Part shown: positions 17,889 through 26,015 of the stretch, piece by piece
Layout: the number at the start of each line of letters is the position of its first letter
How positions within the stretch are numbered: the stretch's first letter is position 1
Source: an uncultured bacterium
Lineage (GTDB): Bacteria > Spirochaetota > Spirochaetia > B11-G9
Direction: 5' to 3'
NCBI GenBank assembly: GCA_965371875.1
Contig: CBDVAD010000002.1
Location: forward strand, 1 to 36,311
DNA length: 36,311 nucleotides
The notes under the pieces: generated by a model
What the model saw: the letters and a program-made list of their open reading frames with translations, nothing else
Told to the model about the DNA's origin: nothing
The model's database searches: none
Translations under genes and position numbers: made by a program

Positions 17889-19542
17889 TCTAATTTTTAA
17901 TAAAAACATGCTTTCCCTTTCATCCAGAAATAATCAGCTTGCAGTTGATCTTGGTAATGTTGAAGAATCTGATATGGTATACTTTAAAAAAAGTAAAAAG
18001 GGACCAATAATTCCTATAATTAATAATGGAAACCAGGAAAGACCTTTACACTCAACTGTAGACCCGGAAAGAGAAGGTTTACGTTACTATTCAAACTCAA
18101 AAGCTAATGGTTATATTGTATTCCTTGGTTTAGGCGCTGCATACCATATAAAACCATTCTTAGATCAGTCAGATATATCTGAAATTCTTATTATTGACAA
18201 GGATATTACTCTTTTTAAGGCAATTCTATCAAATATTGATCTTAGTCAGTTTATACTTAACAGAAAAGTAAAATTTCTTATAGATCCTGATTCCAGTACT
18301 GTAAAAGAATATCTGCTTTCAAACTATCTTCCTGCTGTCTCAGGAAATCTTCATATACTAAACTTACGTTCCAGATTTTCAATTGAAGAAACCTACTTCA
18401 CTGCCATTTTAGCTGGTATTGAAGAATTACTGGAATCACTTTCCGCTGATTTTTCAGTTCAATCCCACTTTGGAAAAAGATGGTTTATTAATACGCTCTC
18501 TAACCTTAAAACCGCACAATCAGTAAAAAATATTCTACCTCCAATAAAGAAAGCAATAATAACAGGTGCAGGTCCATCTCTGGAATTCCAACTGCCGTCA
18601 CTCAAAGAGCATCGGAAAAGCAGCTTTCTAATTGCAACTGATACTTCATTACCTTTTCTGATAAAAAATGAGATAAAACCTGATCTTGTTATTTCTATAG
18701 ATTGTCAACACATAACTTTTCATCATTTTTTTGCAGGTTTTCCAAAAGATATACCTCTGGTACTGGATCTTGCATCACCTGCATGGTTGACGCGCCAATC
18801 TGACAACATAGTTTTTTTTACAAGCGGACATCCTTTTTCCCTATTTGTTAATGGTAACTGGAGAAGTTTTCCTTATATTGATACATCAGGAGGTAATGTC
18901 AGCCATGCCGCTATTTCACTGGCTGATAAATTAGGCGCAAAGGAAATATTACTATATGGAGTTGATTTTTCGTATCCACAGGGAAAAAGTTATGCAAGAG
19001 GCACCTATCTTTATCCATATTTTATGTCAACTTCCAATCGTTTTACTACAACCGAGAGTAGTTTTGTCTCTTTTATATTTTATAATAAGAAAACAGTAAC
19101 CAAACACACTAAATATGGTATTAGCTACACAACAACCCCCATGATCAGTTACAAGGAAAGACTTGAAAAAGCCTCAATCAGCTTAAATGCAAAGATAATT
19201 CAGTTTGGAGGAATTGGTGTTCCAATCAATTTGCCTGAAAAGAAAATTTCTGATTATAAGAGAAGTAATATCACTCTATTTTTCTCTGCCGGATCCAGTT
19301 CAAATAACTGGATAGATTTTCTTAAGGAATATAGTAAGAAACTTAAAAAGCTGCCGGATCCTGGAGTATCTCTTTCTGAATATTATTCAAAACTTACCTC
19401 TTCCCAGAAGGATCTATGTACAACACTTTTTCCTGCTGCAGCAGCGTTACGAAGATCAGGGAAAAATGATGTTAATGGTGCAATGATATTAAAACATGCT
19501 ATTACCTGGACAATTGAACAAATAGATACATATATCTCCTAG
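17878..19542 (+). CDS. DUF115 / MptE-like (Maf-like) protein, paralogue 2
   Basis: 11-nt overlap with paralogue 1. Motifs are ...RPLHSTVDPEREGLRYY, AIITGAGPSL, FLIATDTSL...PDLVISIDCQH and GGNVSHAAISLADKLGAKEILLYGVDFSY. Confidence 0.75.
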   Translation: MRDNLIFNKNMLSLSSRNNQLAVDLGNVEESDMVYFKKSKKGPIIPIINNGNQERPLHSTVDPEREGLRYYSNSKANGYIVFLGLGAAYHIKPFLDQSDISEILIIDKDITLFKAILSNIDLSQFILNRKVKFLIDPDSSTVKEYLLSNYLPAVSGNLHILNLRSRFSIEETYFTAILAGIEELLESLSADFSVQSHFGKRWFINTLSNLKTAQSVKNILPPIKKAIITGAGPSLEFQLPSLKEHRKSSFLIATDTSLPFLIKNEIKPDLVISIDCQHITFHHFFAGFPKDIPLVLDLASPAWLTRQSDNIVFFTSGHPFSLFVNGNWRSFPYIDTSGGNVSHAAISLADKLGAKEILLYGVDFSYPQGKSYARGTYLYPYFMSTSNRFTTTESSFVSFIFYNKKTVTKHTKYGISYTTTPMISYKERLEKASISLNAKIIQFGGIGVPINLPEKKISDYKRSNITLFFSAGSSSNNWIDFLKEYSKKLKKLPDPGVSLSEYYSKLTSSQKDLCTTLFPAAAALRRSGKNDVNGAMILKHAITWTIEQIDTYIS

Positions 19543-20378
19543 AAACTTATACCGGCATAACCTACAAATGATTCTGAAGGAGTTATATCATAACTAGTAA
19601 AATAATCCACAAGTTTTCCTGAAGATACACCGGATAGCCGGGCATAATTCATTGCTGCTGCTGCTGCACCTGAAGAACAGGCAGATTGATTACCCGCCGC
19701 GGAAACCAGAACACCCTCGCAATCCAGAATCAACATCTTCTCAATTATTTCTCTATCATTTTCACCTTTAACCCAATCAACAGATGAAGGGCCGGAACCA
19801 ACAGGAGAAAACATAAAATTAATTCCATAATGGGTTAAATCTGTGGATCCAATGACAAATGTCTTTTTCTTTAGATTTAAACTGATCTTGTATAAAGCAG
19901 CTCCAAGTTCTATAGATTCAGAACCAGAACCGATACGTATCAAAACAATTTTACAATTCGGGAAAAAGTACTTAATAATTGGTATTTGAACCTCAACAGT
20001 ATTATCAGAACTCTGATCTTCTATCATCTTAAATTCGTAACTCAGTTGTTTAATAAAGTCATGTTCTACATTGAGATTACCCAAGGGGGTTTCGATGCTT
20101 TCCTCAGGTGAATAATAAAGAGGAGCACCTGGTGGAAGATGACCACCAATAACAACAACAACATCCGGATTAGAACTAAGAGTATTAATTGTTCTTACAG
20201 CAAGACTTCCGGAATAGAACCATCCTGCATGAGGCACTATTACTGAATTCCTGTTAATGTTACTTTCACTAACTGTATCAACTGCAACTGCATTTTTAAT
20301 GAATTCAATTGCTTCACTGCTATTGTGAGGATACCATCCAGAAGGTAAACGCATCTTTCTTAATATATTTTTACTCAT
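19539..20378 (-). CDS. MEMO1-family protein (AmmeMemoRadiSam system protein B-like)
   Basis: 279 aa with LPSGWYP, VPHAGWFYSGSLA, VVVIGGH, GSTDLTHYG and CSSGAAAAAMNYA motifs. Confidence 0.8.
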   Translation of the reverse strand: MSKNILRKMRLPSGWYPHNSSEAIEFIKNAVAVDTVSESNINRNSVIVPHAGWFYSGSLAVRTINTLSSNPDVVVVIGGHLPPGAPLYYSPEESIETPLGNLNVEHDFIKQLSYEFKMIEDQSSDNTVEVQIPIIKYFFPNCKIVLIRIGSGSESIELGAALYKISLNLKKKTFVIGSTDLTHYGINFMFSPVGSGPSSVDWVKGENDREIIEKMLILDCEGVLVSAAGNQSACSSGAAAAAMNYARLSGVSSGKLVDYFTSYDITPSESFVGYAGISF

Positions 20379-20459
20379 TTTAATTACAATAGTATTTATT
20401 GAACAATAAGAAAAGAAAAAAAGGTTTTATATCTATGTTTTATTTCGTATAATACCATT

Positions 20460-21500
20460 ATGTACAAAGATATATGCTCAGTAGTAGTTACAATTTTCTC
20501 AGTTATCCTCTTAACTGTTATTTCTATTCTTTTCATAAATGAATCTATTATTTTTGATAACTACAAAAAGCAATCCCTAACAGCTTTTATGGATCTAAAA
20601 AATGAGTTAGCAAATGGGAATATCTATAAATTCACTTCAATTATGCAGAATCTCCATAAAAATATGCCAATTTTAAAAACTCTTCGTATTAAAAATGATC
20701 AAAATTTACCAATTTATTTTTATTCAGAGTCAAAAGAGAATTTGAAGACAATGGATAATGATTTTGAGAAACAGTATAGTTCTATTTACAGGGTTATTTA
20801 TGCAAATGAAGTTGCTATAGATAATTCAATGTACAACCTTGAAGCAGTTTTCACTGTACTATCTGAAAATCGTCTTTTTTATCTGTTAACAAAAATAGCC
20901 CTGATATTTTTTATCTACCTGTTCTTTCTTTCTTTTATTCTCATCTATATCTATTCAAACAAAGCCAGTATTAATACAAAAAGGCTTATAAATAATGAAA
21001 AAAGAGCGCCTGTAGTTTTTTCAGATTCAAAATACCTTAGTTCCGATCAGATGGTTACAGATGAACTAAAAAAATCTGCTTCTTTTGATCAGGACCTCGT
21101 ACTTACCCTTGTAGGGTCACCGGAAAAGTATATCTCTAACAATGCAACTGAATTTAAAGAGATACTAAACAAACATTTTCCCTTTCATGATCTAATTTTC
21201 AGGTTTAATGATAATATTTTTGGTATTATGCTTCCAAATACGGATCTTGAACAAGGTATCCATCAGATAGAGTTATTTGATCAGAAATTTGTAAGCAGTA
21301 GTACTAAATCACTCAAATTCCCAATTATGTTTGGACTTAGTTCAAGAAATGGCAGACTGATAAGCGGAAATATAATTTTAAAAGAAGCAAAAGCTGCCTT
21401 AATAAAAGCTATGAGTGACAATGACTTTCCAATAGTCGGATTTAGACCAAATCCAGCCAGATATAGAGAATATCTCTCAAAATTACGATCTAAATCATAG
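20460..21500 (+). CDS. Two-TM membrane protein with extracytoplasmic loop and cytoplasmic degenerate (inactive-looking) GGDEF-like domain
   Basis: TM helices lie at about residues 7-26 and 139-165. The C-terminal domain aligns by eye to GGDEF domains, with RFNDNIFGIMLP (nt 21201-21236) replacing RYGGDEFxxLLP and MFGLSS...LKEAKAALIKAMSDNDFPIVGF matching SIGVA...ADxALYxAKxxGRNxV. Confidence 0.65.
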   Translation: MYKDICSVVVTIFSVILLTVISILFINESIIFDNYKKQSLTAFMDLKNELANGNIYKFTSIMQNLHKNMPILKTLRIKNDQNLPIYFYSESKENLKTMDNDFEKQYSSIYRVIYANEVAIDNSMYNLEAVFTVLSENRLFYLLTKIALIFFIYLFFLSFILIYIYSNKASINTKRLINNEKRAPVVFSDSKYLSSDQMVTDELKKSASFDQDLVLTLVGSPEKYISNNATEFKEILNKHFPFHDLIFRFNDNIFGIMLPNTDLEQGIHQIELFDQKFVSSSTKSLKFPIMFGLSSRNGRLISGNIILKEAKAALIKAMSDNDFPIVGFRPNPARYREYLSKLRSKS

Positions 21501-21513
21501 TGGTAAAACTAAA

Positions 21514-22443
21514 CTATTCATTATATGGAATATCTATCTGCTGACCGTCTCTTGTAAGAAATGTATCTGGAAATATTGCTTTTGCTTCATCCAGCAGGTC
21601 TGTTAGATCATATTTTGTATATCGCGGGCTGTAATGGATAATACCCATTTTTTTTACACCACCAGCATCTGCTGCAATCTGCGCCGCCTGAGGTGAAGTC
21701 ATATGCTTTTTTTTTCTTGCACTATCTTCAAGGTCAGACTTAAACATCCCTTCGCAAATTAATAGATCCGAATCTCTGACATAATCAGAAATTTCAGGGA
21801 AATACTGTGTGTCAGTTACAAAACTTACCTTTCGACCAGGCCGTGGAGGCCCCATAACTTCACCTGGATGTACAGTTCTGCCATTATCCAGAATAACATC
21901 TCTTCCATTTTGCAGTTCTGACCAGAGCGGACCCATAGGTACATTCATTTTTATCGCATTCTTTGGATAAAAGACTCCAGACCGTTCCTGTTCAATAAGA
22001 GAGTACCCAATACAAGGTTTCGTGTGTCGAAGTGGAAATGCATTGACTGAAAATCCCTCCCCCTCATAAACAATCCCTGGTTCTGTAACCTCTTTTATAA
22101 TAATTTCATAATTGATATACATATCAAGTACTTTTCTACTCATCTCAACATATTCTTTAATTTTTGGAGGACCAATAATATAGAGAGGGTCTTCTCTTTC
22201 CACTTGACTGGAAAGCATCAAAATCCCTGGTAGTCCGGTTACATGATCAGCATGAGTATGACTTATAAAAACAACTGAGATTTTTTTCCATTTAAGATTT
22301 AACCTGCGTAAAGATACTTGTGTACCTTCTCCACTATCAAAAAGAAAAAGATCACCCTCTCTCCGTAAAAGTACAGATGTAAGAAAACGACCAGGCAGAG
22401 GCATCATACCACCGGTTCCAAGAACAAATAATTCAAGATTCAT
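21514..22443 (-). CDS. rnz: Ribonuclease Z (tRNA 3' endonuclease)
   Basis: 309 aa. It starts MNLELFVLGTGGMMP and carries HTHADH, with an MBL fold, a flexible-arm region and a C-terminal HYS motif. Confidence 0.85.
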   Translation of the reverse strand: MNLELFVLGTGGMMPLPGRFLTSVLLRREGDLFLFDSGEGTQVSLRRLNLKWKKISVVFISHTHADHVTGLPGILMLSSQVEREDPLYIIGPPKIKEYVEMSRKVLDMYINYEIIIKEVTEPGIVYEGEGFSVNAFPLRHTKPCIGYSLIEQERSGVFYPKNAIKMNVPMGPLWSELQNGRDVILDNGRTVHPGEVMGPPRPGRKVSFVTDTQYFPEISDYVRDSDLLICEGMFKSDLEDSARKKKHMTSPQAAQIAADAGGVKKMGIIHYSPRYTKYDLTDLLDEAKAIFPDTFLTRDGQQIDIPYNE

Positions 22444-22455
22444 AATTTTAAACCT

Positions 22456-24951
22456 CTAAGATTGTACAGTTGTCTTAATTTCAATAGGATTTGGCTTATT
22501 AATTGCGAAAAATATTTTACCTTTCCTAAGACTTGTTTTTATTCTGCTGCCATTAGGACATTTCCCCTGAAGGATTTGCAGAGATAAAGGATCCTCAATT
22601 TGCTTTTGAATTGCCCTTCTAAGAGGTCTTGCTCCAAACTTAACATCATAGCCGGAATCAATTAAAAATTCTTTAACTGAATTCTTAACTTCAATTATAA
22701 TATTCATCTGAAGAAGTCTCATTTTAACTTCTGCAAGTAATACTTCAAGTATATTTTTTAAATTATCTCTTGAAAGACTCTCAAAAACAATTATTTCATC
22801 AACTCTATTAATAAACTCAGGTCTAAATAGTCTCTTTAGCTCGTTCATTGCAGAAGCTTTAATTTCTGTATAATCAAGAAGACCTTCCTGGGCTTTGAAT
22901 CCAAGAGCACTTTCACGGGAAATCTCTCTTGCACCTGCATTGGATGTCATAATTAGAACAGTATTACGGAAAGATACCTTATGGCCCAAATTATCCTGGA
23001 GCTCACCTTCTTCCAGTACCTGGAGTAGTAGATTAAATACATCCGGATGTGCTTTCTCAATTTCATCCAATAAAATAACACTATAAGGCCTTCTTCTAAT
23101 TTTTTCCGTCAGCAAACCACCTTCATCATATCCTACATATCCTGGAGGAGCTCCTACTAACCGGCTTATATTATGTTTTTCCATGAAATCAGACATATCA
23201 ATACGAATTAAAGCGTCATTATCACCAAAAAGAAATTGAGCCAGGGTTTTTGCAAGGAGAGTCTTTCCAACTCCAGTCGGGCCAAGGAAAATAAAAGAAC
23301 CCATTGGTCTGTCAGGAGATGCTAATCCCGTTCTGGACCTTCTTATGCTGGATGCTATAGCATCTATTGCTTCATTCTGACCAATTACAGTTTTATGTAA
23401 TTCTGTTTCAGTTTCGAGTAATTTTTCTGATTCCTTTTGGGCAATTCTTGCAACAGGAATACCAGTCATACTTGCAACTACGTTTTCTATGTCTACTTCA
23501 TCCACCGGCACCCTTGTCTTTTCCCTGGTGGTGTGCCAACCTTTATTAAAAATATCTATTTTTACTTTAAGATCACGCACCTTATCCCGTACTGCGGCTG
23601 CTTTTTCATAATCCTGATTATTGACAAGGCTCTTTTTTTCCATTGTTAAAACATCAATTTCCTGTTCCAGACTTTTTAATCCCACAGGCCTGACACCATT
23701 TTCAATTCTTTTTACAGAGCCAGCCTCATCTATAAGATCAATTGCTTTATCCGGTAAAAATCGATCAGTTATATATCGATTCGACATCACCGCCGCAATT
23801 CTAATTGCCTCTTTAGTATAAGAAACAGAGTGGTGCTCTTCATATCTCTTTATTATCCCTTCAAGAATATCGATTGTTTCTTCAACTCCCGGCTCATCTA
23901 CGTAGACTGTTTGAAATCGTCTTTCCAGAGCGGCATCTTTCTCAATATATTTTCTATACTCCCTCAAAGTTGTTGCCCCGATACACTGAAGTTCTCCTCT
24001 TGAAAGTGCAGGTTTTAACATATTTGAAGCATCAATAGCACCTTCTGCCCCGCCAGCGCCTATTATCATGTGAAGCTCATCTATAAACAGTATTATATTA
24101 CCAGCAGAGCGAATTTCCTTCATTACTTTTTTAAGACGTTCTTCAAACTCTCCTCTGTATTTTGTTCCTGCAATTAAAGAAGCAATATCCAGTGTCAGTA
24201 CTCTTTTACCAGTGAGTATATCCGGACCTTCTCCAGAAACAATTATTTGAGCCAGCCCCTCCACTATAGCGGTTTTACCAACTCCAGGTTCACCTATGAG
24301 TACAGGATTATTCTTTGTACGTCTTGCAAGAATCTGTATAACTCTTTTAATCTCATCTTTTCTTCCAATTACAGGATCAAGTTTATTAAGACGTGCATAT
24401 TCTGTAAGATCCCTTGAAAACTCATCAATAGTGGGTGTTCCCTTAACATTGGCATTTGGTTGCTTATGCTTTGCCGTTTGCACAGGAGAACTGTGCTTCC
24501 TTTTTGGAGGATCGTTTTTGCGAAGGTTTAGAATTGTATTTCTGATTTCGTCCGGTCCAACGGCAAATTTGAAGAGAAAACGCTGAACAATACTCCCGGC
24601 TTCCATTACAGATGCTAATAATAGATGTTCGGTGCCGATGTATTGAAAACCCATTTTCCTTGCTTCTTCTGCAGAACTTTCAAGGATATTCTTGCCTCTG
24701 TGAGATGGAGGTACATCCCCAAGAATATATCCGGAATGTTTCTTTGGAATACTTTTCTCTATTTCTACCTGAAGTGCTACCGGATCGATATCCAATGAAT
24801 TGAGAACCCTGAAACCGAGTCCATCTCCATCTTTAAGCAGTGCCAGAATAATATGCTCAGGTAGTAATTGATCAGAATGGAAACGTTTAGCCTCTTCCTG
24901 AGCATATATAGTTAAAATACGTTGTGCGCGTTGTGTAAGACCTTTAAACAT
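22456..24951 (-). CDS. clpC: ATP-dependent Clp protease ATP-binding subunit ClpC
   Basis: 831 aa. It has a double Clp_N repeat, two AAA+ modules (GEPGVGKT, GPTGVGKT), a UVR-type middle motif (NNQDYEKAAAVRDKVRDL) and an LGF ClpP-docking tripeptide (ESALGFKAQ). Confidence 0.9.
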   Translation of the reverse strand: MFKGLTQRAQRILTIYAQEEAKRFHSDQLLPEHIILALLKDGDGLGFRVLNSLDIDPVALQVEIEKSIPKKHSGYILGDVPPSHRGKNILESSAEEARKMGFQYIGTEHLLLASVMEAGSIVQRFLFKFAVGPDEIRNTILNLRKNDPPKRKHSSPVQTAKHKQPNANVKGTPTIDEFSRDLTEYARLNKLDPVIGRKDEIKRVIQILARRTKNNPVLIGEPGVGKTAIVEGLAQIIVSGEGPDILTGKRVLTLDIASLIAGTKYRGEFEERLKKVMKEIRSAGNIILFIDELHMIIGAGGAEGAIDASNMLKPALSRGELQCIGATTLREYRKYIEKDAALERRFQTVYVDEPGVEETIDILEGIIKRYEEHHSVSYTKEAIRIAAVMSNRYITDRFLPDKAIDLIDEAGSVKRIENGVRPVGLKSLEQEIDVLTMEKKSLVNNQDYEKAAAVRDKVRDLKVKIDIFNKGWHTTREKTRVPVDEVDIENVVASMTGIPVARIAQKESEKLLETETELHKTVIGQNEAIDAIASSIRRSRTGLASPDRPMGSFIFLGPTGVGKTLLAKTLAQFLFGDNDALIRIDMSDFMEKHNISRLVGAPPGYVGYDEGGLLTEKIRRRPYSVILLDEIEKAHPDVFNLLLQVLEEGELQDNLGHKVSFRNTVLIMTSNAGAREISRESALGFKAQEGLLDYTEIKASAMNELKRLFRPEFINRVDEIIVFESLSRDNLKNILEVLLAEVKMRLLQMNIIIEVKNSVKEFLIDSGYDVKFGARPLRRAIQKQIEDPLSLQILQGKCPNGSRIKTSLRKGKIFFAINKPNPIEIKTTVQS

Positions 24952-24965
24952 CCGATGCCTCCATT

Positions 24966-26015
24966 TTAATTAACAAGACCTAATGCATTTCGAATCAAAT
25001 CAGCACGTTTTGATTCAATTACCAGATTATCACTTTCACTACTTCCAATCAGGTACTGTATATGAGCTTTTCGTGACAAAAGAAGTAAAGAATTTACTAT
25101 ACCAATGTCCAGCTTTGACCATCCAAGGACTATACCAAGCCTGATATCAGTTAAAGCATTCACGGCTTCACCAGAAGTCAGTAATCTGCAGTGTTTGATA
25201 AGCCCAATTGAACGGTAATGTTTATCCTCAAGCTCTATTCTTCTTTTATGCATAAGTTCATCTCTTGCCTGTCTCTCATAATTTACTAGTTTATTACATG
25301 TTTTAGCAAGTTTATCTATGTATTCTTCCTCTTTATTACCAATAGCTAATCCATTTGAAATCTGATATAGATCACCCAGAGATCCATCATCATTACCTAA
25401 ATACCCTTTAACTGTAAATTCTTTATCAAGAGAAGATTTTATAGCACGATCAAATAATGATAATCTGACCAAAGCAGGTAGATGTAACATTACAGATACT
25501 TTTAATCCGGTTCCTGAATTCCGGATATTTTCATTCAAGTACCCGAATTCAAGAGATACAGCAAAATCGAGAATTTTCTCAAGACTAGATTCGAGTTTAT
25601 TTACAGTATTATAAGCGTCAACTAAACCTAAACCACTTCTATATTCCGCAATTAAAAGATGATCATTTCCATTAATCATACAAGATGTCTTTTGATCTTT
25701 ACTAACAATTAGAGTCTTATTTTTTTCTATAGTAAAATTCTGAGAAATAAGACTCCGTTCAGCCATCATTCTTCTTTCTATACTGTTTAAACTATCAATG
25801 GACAAAATATCCATTTTATTATCCAGTATTTCAAATGCTTCAACAATAATATCTTTTACCAGTTTTTCATCTTTTAATTCCATTTTATTTGGAAAAAGAA
25901 ACCCTGTTAAATTTCTTGAGAGTCTAACTCTGCTGGAGATTACAACATCTTCTTCTTTACCATTTTCCCTGAACCATCCAGGTATCTTTTTCAACGTCGA
26001 AAAATTATTCATCAT
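24966..26015 (-). CDS. mcsB: Protein arginine kinase McsB (ATP:guanido phosphotransferase family)
   Basis: 349 aa with SSRVRLSRNL, NGNDHLLIAE and GTGLKVSVMLHLPAL motifs. Confidence 0.85.
   Translation of the reverse strand: MMNNFSTLKKIPGWFRENGKEEDVVISSRVRLSRNLTGFLFPNKMELKDEKLVKDIIVEAFEILDNKMDILSIDSLNSIERRMMAERSLISQNFTIEKNKTLIVSKDQKTSCMINGNDHLLIAEYRSGLGLVDAYNTVNKLESSLEKILDFAVSLEFGYLNENIRNSGTGLKVSVMLHLPALVRLSLFDRAIKSSLDKEFTVKGYLGNDDGSLGDLYQISNGLAIGNKEEEYIDKLAKTCNKLVNYERQARDELMHKRRIELEDKHYRSIGLIKHCRLLTSGEAVNALTDIRLGIVLGWSKLDIGIVNSLLLLSRKAHIQYLIGSSESDNLVIESKRADLIRNALGLVN

Noticed and set aside
22895-24803. Six plus-strand ORFs of 60-96 aa inside 22895-24803
   Set aside because: They are antisense to clpC, whose identity is unambiguous. 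There are no RBS or motifs, and such ORFs are typical shadows in AT-rich DNA.
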